The translations under genes were made by a program, and so were the position numbers. Under the pieces are notes generated by a model. The model was given only the letters and a program-made list of their open reading frames with translations. It was not told the DNA's origin and searched no databases. Shown here piece after piece: positions 57,301 to 64,000 of a DNA stretch of 64,000 bases. Location of the stretch: positions 8,370,001-8,434,000 of the forward strand of contig OZ059899.1 in the NCBI GenBank assembly GCA_964057225.1, written 5' to 3'. This stretch comes from Auanema rhodensis (Eukaryota > Animalia > Nematoda). The first letter of the stretch is position 1; each line of letters begins with the position of its first letter.

Positions 57301-60300
57301 TGTAGATGTTGTTGTAGATGCAGTTGTGCTCGTTGTTGTAGATGGAGTCGTCGTTGACGTTGTAGATGTCGTCGTAGATGGAGTTGTGCTCGTTGTTGTA
57401 GATGGAGTCGTCGTTGACGTTGTAGATGTTGTTGTAGATGGAGTTGTGCTCGTTGTTGTAGATGGAGTTGTCGTTGACGTTGTAGATGTCGTTGTGGATG
57501 GCGTCGTGCTCGATGTTGTAGATGGAGTCGTCGTTGACGTTGTAGATGTCGTTGTGGATGGCGTCGTCGTTGACGTTGTAGATGTTGTTGTAGATGCAGT
57601 TGTGCTCGTTGTTGTAGATGGAGTCGTCGTTGACGTTGTAGATGTTGTTGTGGATGGAGTCGTGCTCGTTGTTGTAGATGGAGTCGTCGTTGACGTTGTA
57701 GATGTTGTTGTAGATGGAGTTGTGTTCGTTGTTGTAGATGGAGTCGTCGTTGACGTTGTAGATGTTGTTGTGGATGGAGTCGTGCTCGTTGTTGTAGATG
57801 GAGTCGTCGTTGACGTTGTAGATGTTGTTGTAGATGGAGTCGTGCTCGTTGTTGTAGATGGAGTCGTCGTTGACGTTGTAGATGTTGTTGTAGATGGAGT
57901 TGTGCTCGTTGTTGTAGATGGAGTCGTCGTTGACGTTGTAGATGTCGTCGTAGATGGAGTCGTGCTCGTTGTTGTAGATGGAGTCGTCGTTGACGTTGTA
58001 GATGTTGTTGTGGATGGAGTCGTGCTCGTTGTTGTAGATGGAGTCGTCGTTGACGTTGTAGATGTTGTTGTAGATGGAGTCGTGCTCGTTGTTGTAGATG
58101 GAGTTGTCGATGACGTTGTAGATGTCGTTGTGGATGGCGTCGTCGTTGACGTTGTAGATGTTGTTGTAGATGCAGTTGTGCTCGTTGTTGTAGATGGAGT
58201 CGTCGTTGACGTTGTAGATGTCGTCGTAGATGGAGTTGTGCTCGTTGTTGTAGATGGAGTCGTCGTTGACGTTGTAGATGTTGTTGTAGATGGAGTCGTG
58301 CTCGTTGTAGTAGATGGTGTCGTCGTTGACGTTGTAGATGTCGTCGTAGATGGAGTCGTGCTCGTTGTTGTAGATGGAGTTGTGCTCGTTGTTGTAGATG
58401 GAGTCGTCGTTGACGTTGTAGATGTTGTTGTAGATGTTGTCGTAGATGGAGTCGTGCTCGTTGTTGTTGATGGAGTCGTGCTAGTTGTTGTAGATGGTGT
58501 CGTCGTTGACGTTGTAGATGTTGTTGTAGATGGAGTCGTCGTTGACGTTGTAGATGTTGTTGTGGATGGTGTCGTCGTTGACGTTGTAGATGTTGTTGTA
58601 GATGGAGTCGTCGTTGACGTTGAAGATGTTGTCGTAGATGGAGTCGTGCTCGTTGTCGTTGATGGAGTCGTCGTTGACGTTGTAGATGTTGTTGTGGATG
58701 GTGTCGTCGTTGACGTTGTTGATGTCGTCGTAGATGGAGTCGTGCTCGTTGTTGTAGATGGAGTCGTGCTCGTTGTTGTAGATGGAGTTGTCGTTGACGT
58801 TGTAGATGTTGTTGTGGATGGTGTCGTCGTTGACGTTGTAGATGTTGTTGTAGATGGAGTCGTGCTCGTTGTTGTAGATGGAGTTGTGCTCGTTGTTGTA
58901 GATGGTGTCGTCGTTGACGTTGTAGATGTTGTTGTGGATGGTGTCGTCGTTGACGTTGTAGATGTTGTTGTAGATGGAGTCGTCGTTGACGTTGTAGATG
59001 TTGTCGTAGATGGAGTCGTGCTCGTTGTCGTTGATGGAGTCGTCGTTGACGTTGTAGATGTTGTTGTGGATGGTGTCGTCGTTGACGTTGTTGATGTCGT
59101 CGTAGATGGAGTCGTGCTCGTTGTTGTAGATGGAGTCGTCGTTGATGTTGTTGATGTTGTTGTAGATGGAGTCGTCGTTGACGTTGTAGATGTCGTCGTA
59201 GATGGAGTCGTGCTCGTTGTTGTAGATGGAGTCGTGCTCGTTGTTGTAGATGGAGTCGTGCTCGTTGTTGTAGATGGAGTTGTCGTTGACGTTGTAGATG
59301 TTGTTGTGGATGGTGTCGTCGTTGACGTTGTAGATGTTGTTGTAGATGAAGTCGTGCTCGTTGTTGTAGATGGAGTTGTGCTCGTTGTTGTAGATGGAGT
59401 CGTCGTTGACGTTGTAGATGTCGTCGTAGATGGAGTCGTGCTCGTTGTTGTAGATGGAGTCGTGCTCGTTGTTGTAGATGGAGTTGTCGTTGACGTTGTA
59501 GATGTCGTTGTGGATGGCGTCGTCGTTGACGTTGTAGATGTTGTTGTAGATGCAGTTGTGCTCGTTGTTGTAGATGGAGTCGTCGTTGACGTTGTAGATG
59601 TCGTCGTAGATGGAGTTGTGCTCGTTGTTGTAGATGGAGTCGTCGTTGACGTTGTAGATGTTGTTGTAGATGGAGTCGTGCTCGTTGTAGTAGATGGTGT
59701 CGTCGTTGACGTTGTAGATGTCGTCGTAGATGGAGTCGTGCTCGTTGTTGTAGATGGAGTTGTGCTCGTTGTTGTAGATGGAGTCGTCGTTGACGTTGTA
59801 GATGTTGTTGTAGATGTTGTCGTAGATGGAGTCGTGCTCGTTGTTGTAGATGGAGTCGTGCTAGTTGTTGTAGATGGTGTCGTCGTTGACGTTGTAGATG
59901 TTGTTGTAGATGGAGTCGTCGTTGACGTTGTAGATGTTGTTGTGGATGGTGTCGTCGTTGACGTTGTAGATGTTGTTGTAGATGGAGTCGTCGTTGACGT
60001 TGAAGATGTTGTCGTAGATGGAGTCGTGCTCGTTGTCGTTGATGGAGTCGTCGTTGACGTTGTAGATGTTGTTGTGGATGGTGTCGTCGTTGACGTTGTT
60101 GATGTCGTCGTAGATGGAGTCGTGCTCGTTGTTGTAGATGGAGTTGTGCTCGTTGTTGTGGATGGTGTCGTAGTTGACGTTGTAGATGTCGTCGTAGATG
60201 GAGTCGTGCTCGTTGTTGTAGATGGAGTCGTGCTCGTTGTTGTAGATGGAGTTGTCGTTGACGTTGTAGATGTTGTTGTGGATGGTGTCGTCGTTGACGT

Positions 60301-63300
60301 TGTAGATGTTGTTGTAGATGGAGTCGTGCTCGTTGTTGTAGATGGAGTTGTGCTCGTTGTCGTAGATGGAGTCGTGCTCGTTGTTGTGGATGGTGTCGTC
60401 GTTGACGTTGTAGATGTTGTTGTAGATGGAGTCGTCGTTGACGTTGTAGATGTTGTCGTAGATGGAGTCGTGCTCGTTGTCGTTGATGGAGTCGTCGTTG
60501 ACGTTGTAGATGTTGTTGTAGATGGAGTCGTGCTCGTTGTCGTAGATGGAGTCGTGCTCGTTGTCGTAGATGGAGTCGTGCTCGTTGTTGTGGATGGTGT
60601 CGTCGTTGACGTTGTAGATGTTGTTGTAGATGGAGTCGTCGTTGACGTTGTAGATGTTGTCGTAGATGGAGTCGTGCTCGTTGTCGTTGATGGAGTCGTC
60701 GTTGACGTTGTAGATGTTGTTGTGGATGGTGTCGTCGTTGACGTTGTTGATGTCGTCGTAGATGGAGTCGTGCTCGTTGTTGTAGATGGAGTCGTCGTTG
60801 ATGTTGTTGATGTTGTTGTAGATGGTGTCGTCGTTGACGTTGTTGATGTCGTCGTAGATGGAGTCGTGCTCGTTGTTGTAGATGGAGTCGTCGTTGACGT
60901 TGTAGATGTTGTTGTGGATGGTGTCGTCGTTGACGTTGTTGATGTCGTCGTAGATGGAGTCGTGCTCGTTGTCGTTGATGGAGTCGTCGTTGACGTTGTA
61001 GATGTTGTTGTGGATGGTGTCGTCGTTGACGTTGTTGATGTCGTCGTAGATGGAGTCGTGCTCGTTGTTGTAGATGGAGTCGTCGTTGACGTTGTAGATG
61101 TCGTCGTAGATGGAGTCGTGCTCGTTGTTGTAGATGGAGTCGTGCTCGTTGTTGTAGATGGAGTTGTCGTTGACGTTGTAGATGTTGTTGTGGATTGTGT
61201 CGTCGTTGACGTTGTAGATGTTGTTGTAGATGGAGTCGTCGTTGACGTTGTAGATGTTGTCGTAGATGGAGTCGTGCTCGTTGTCGTTGATGGAGTCGTC
61301 GTTGACGTTGTAGATGTTGTTGTGGATGGTGTCGTCGTTGACGTTGTTGATGTCGTCGTAGATGGAGTCGTGCTCGTTGTTGTAGATGGAGTTGTCGTTG
61401 ACGTTGTAGATGTTGTTGTGGATGGTGTCGTCGTTGACGTTGTAGATGTTGTTGTAGATGGAGTCGTGCTCGTTGTTGTAGATGGTGTCGTCGTTGACGT
61501 TGTAGATGTTGTTGTGGATGGTGTCGTCGTTGACGTTGTAGATGTTGTTGTAGATGGAGTCGTCGTTGACGTTGTAGATGTTGTTGTGGATGGTGTCGTC
61601 GTTGACGTTGTTGATGTCGTCGTAGATGGAGTCGTGCTCGTTGTTGTGGATGGTGTCGTCGTTGACGTTGTAGATGTTGTTGTAGATGGAGTTGTGCTCG
61701 TTGTTGTAGATGGAGTCGTCGTTGACGTTGTAGATGTCGTCGTAGATGGAGTCGTGCTCGTTGTTGTAGATGGAGTCGTCGTTGACGTTGTAGATGTTGT
61801 TGTAGATGGAGTCGTGCTCGTTGTTATAGATGGTGTCGTCGTTGACGTTGTAGATGTTGTTGTAGATGGTGTCGTCGTTGACGTTGTAGATGTCGTCGTA
61901 GATGGAGTCGTGCTCGTTGTTGTAGATGGAGTCGTCGTTGACGTTGTAGATGTTGTTGTGGATGGAGTCGTGCTCGTTGTTGTAGATGGAGTCGTCGTTG
62001 ACGTTGTAGATGTTGTTGTAGATGGAGTTGTGCTCGTTGTTGTAGATGGAGTTGTCGTTGACGTTGTAGATGTCGTTGTGGATGGCGTCGTGCTCGTTGT
62101 TGTAGATGGAGTCGTCGTTGACGTTGTAGATGTTGTTGTGGATGGAGTCGTGCTCGTTGTTGTAGATGGAGTCGTCGTTGACGTTGTAGATGTTGTTGTA
62201 GATGGAGTCGTGCTCGTTGTTGTAGATGGAGTCGTGCTCGTTGTTGTAGATGGAGTCGTCGTTGACGTTGTAGATGTTGTTGTAGATGGAGTTGTGCTCG
62301 TTGTTGTAGATGGAGTCGTCGTTGACGTTGTAGATGTCGTCGTAGATGGAGTCGTGCTCGTTGTTGTAGATGGAGTCGTCGTTGACGTTGTAGATGTTGT
62401 TGTGGATGGAGTCGTGCTCGTTGTTGTAGATGGAGTCGTCGTTGACGTTGTAGATGTTGTTGTAGATGGAGTCGTGCTCGTTGTTGTAGATGGAGTTGTC
62501 GTTGACGTTGTAGATGTCGTTGTGGATGGCGTCGTCGTTGACGTTGTAGATGTTGTTGTAGATGCAGTTGTGCTCGTTGTTGTAGATGGAGTCGTCGTTG
62601 ACGTTGTAGATGTCGTCGTAGATGGAGTTGTGCTCGTTGTTGTAGATGGAGTCGTCGTTGACGTTGTAGATGTTGTTGTAGATGGAGTTGTGCTCGTTGT
62701 TGTAGATGGAGTTGTCGTTGACGTTGTAGATGTCGTTGTGGATGGCGTCGTGCTCGTTGTTGTAGATGGAGTCGTCGTTGACGTTGTAGATGTTGTTGTG
62801 GATGGAGTCGTGCTCGTTGTTGTAGATGGAGTCGTCGTTGACGTTGTAGATGTTGTTGTAGATGGAGTCGTGCTCGTTGTTGTAGATGGAGTCGTCGTTG
62901 ACGTTGTAGATGTTGTTGTAGATGGAGTTGTGGTCGTTGTTGTAGATGGAGTCGTCGTTGACGTTGTAGATGTCGTCGTAGATGGAGTCGTGCTCGTTGT
63001 TGTAGATGGAGTCGTCGTTGACGTTGTAGATGTTGTTGTGGATGGAGTCGTGCTCGTTGTTGTAGATGGAGTCGTCGTTGACGTTGTAGATGTTGTTGTA
63101 GATGGAGTCGTGCTCGTTGTTGTAGATGGAGTTGTCGTTGACGTTGTAGATGTCGTTGTGGATGGCGTCGTCGTTGACGTTGTAGATGTTGTTGTAGATG
63201 CAGTTGTGCTCGTTGTTGTAGATGGAGTCGTCGTTGACGTTGTAGATGTCGTCGTAGATGGAGTTGTGCTCGTTGTTGTAGATGGAGTCGTCGTTGACGT

Positions 63301-64000
63301 TGTAGATGTTGTTGTAGATGGAGTCGTGCTCGTTGTAGTAGATGGTGTCGTCGTTGACGTTGTAGATGTCGTCGTAGATGGAGTCGTGCTCGTTGTTGTA
63401 GATGGAGTTGTGCTAGTTGTTGTAGATGGTGTCGTCGTTGACGTTGTAGATGTTGTTGTAGATGTTGTCGTAGATGGAGTCGTGCTCGTTGTTGTAGATG
63501 GAGTCGTGCTAGTTGTTGTAGATGGTGTCGTCGTTGACGTTGTAGATGTTGTTGTAGATGGAGTCGTCGTTGACGTTATAGATGTTGTTGTGGATGGTGT
63601 CGTCGTTGACGTTGTAGATGTTGTTGTAGATGGAGTCGTCGTTGACGTTGAAGATGTTGTCGTAGATGGAGTCGTGCTCGTTGTCGTTGATGGAGTCGTC
63701 GTTGACGTTGTAGATGTTGTTGTGGATGGTGTCGTCGTTGACGTTGTTGATGTCGTCGTAGATGGAGTCGTGCTCGTTGTTGTAGATGGAGTTGTGCTCG
63801 TTGTTGTAGATGGAGTCGTCGTTGACGTTGTAGATGTCGTCGTAGATGGAGTCGTGCTCGTTGTTGTAGATGGAGTCGTGCTCGTTGTTGTAGATGGAGT
63901 TGTCGTTGACGTTGTAGATGTTGTTGTGGATGGTGTCGTCGTTGACGTTGTAGATGTTGTTGTAGATGGAGTCGTGCTCGTTGTTGTAGATGGAGTTGTG
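30084..64000 (-). CDS. Giant secreted mucin-like protein (5' end outside the window): more than 10,000-aa Thr/Ser/Pro repeat domain followed by about 9 TSP1-like Cys-rich modules
   Basis: The minus-strand frame ending at 33169 stays in register to base 64000: every 60-nt line begins on a Thr/Ser/Pro codon, and I found no in-frame stop. A donor at 33172 and a 46-nt intron lead to exon 33126. Many short exons follow, encoding WxxW/CxxTCGxC/RxRxC modules, with the stop at 30084-30086 after ...KIVSGKIVCV. Confidence 0.9.
33361..64000 (-). repeat. Coding tandem-repeat array (over 30.6 kb) of 24-bp (TTPSTTTS) and 36-bp (TTSTTTPSTTTS) units with higher-order repeats
   Basis: Plus-strand motifs gttgttgtagatggagtcgtgctc (24 bp) and gttgttgtagatggwgtcgtcgttgacgttgtagat (36 bp) are interleaved up to the window edge. 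Confidence 0.98.

Noticed and set aside
33361-64000. Long stop-poor Val/Asp/Gly/Leu frame on the + strand and a Gln/Arg/His/Leu frame on the - strand
   Set aside because: These are shadow frames forced by Thr/Ser/Pro codons. Synonymous variation and the spliced TSP1 tail support only the PTS frame.
33361-64000. Non-coding satellite, telomere or CRISPR-like array
   Set aside because: There are no unique spacers and no TTAGGC. Strict triplet structure runs in frame into a Cys-rich coding region.

Overview
AT-rich nematode genomic DNA with many ~45-nt introns, probably from a rhabditid. From left to right it contains: propionyl-CoA carboxylase beta (pccb-1, +); a Hint-less Warthog hedgehog-related gene (wrt-9-like, -); a cuticle collagen (+); the Shaw/Kv3 K+ channel egl-36 (+), with a distant first exon and a GC-AG intron in S4; a small 4-TM MARVEL-like gene (-); and an SLC4A11-type anion transporter (abts-like, +). 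The right half (30084 to beyond 64000) is the 3' part of one giant minus-strand gene. A single, apparently uninterrupted exon of at least 30.8 kb (33173->64000) encodes more than 10,000 residues, almost all Thr/Ser/Pro tandem repeats (8- and 12-aa units arranged in higher-order repeats). It is spliced to a multi-exon C-terminus of about 9 nematode-type thrombospondin-1 (TSP1)-like Cys-rich modules with no membrane anchor. The supplied ORF track understates this frame by about 22 kb because it starts at the first in-frame TTG. This giant TSP1-tailed mucin is the most remarkable feature. All gene models were derived by eye, and family names come from recalled homologue sequences, not database searches.
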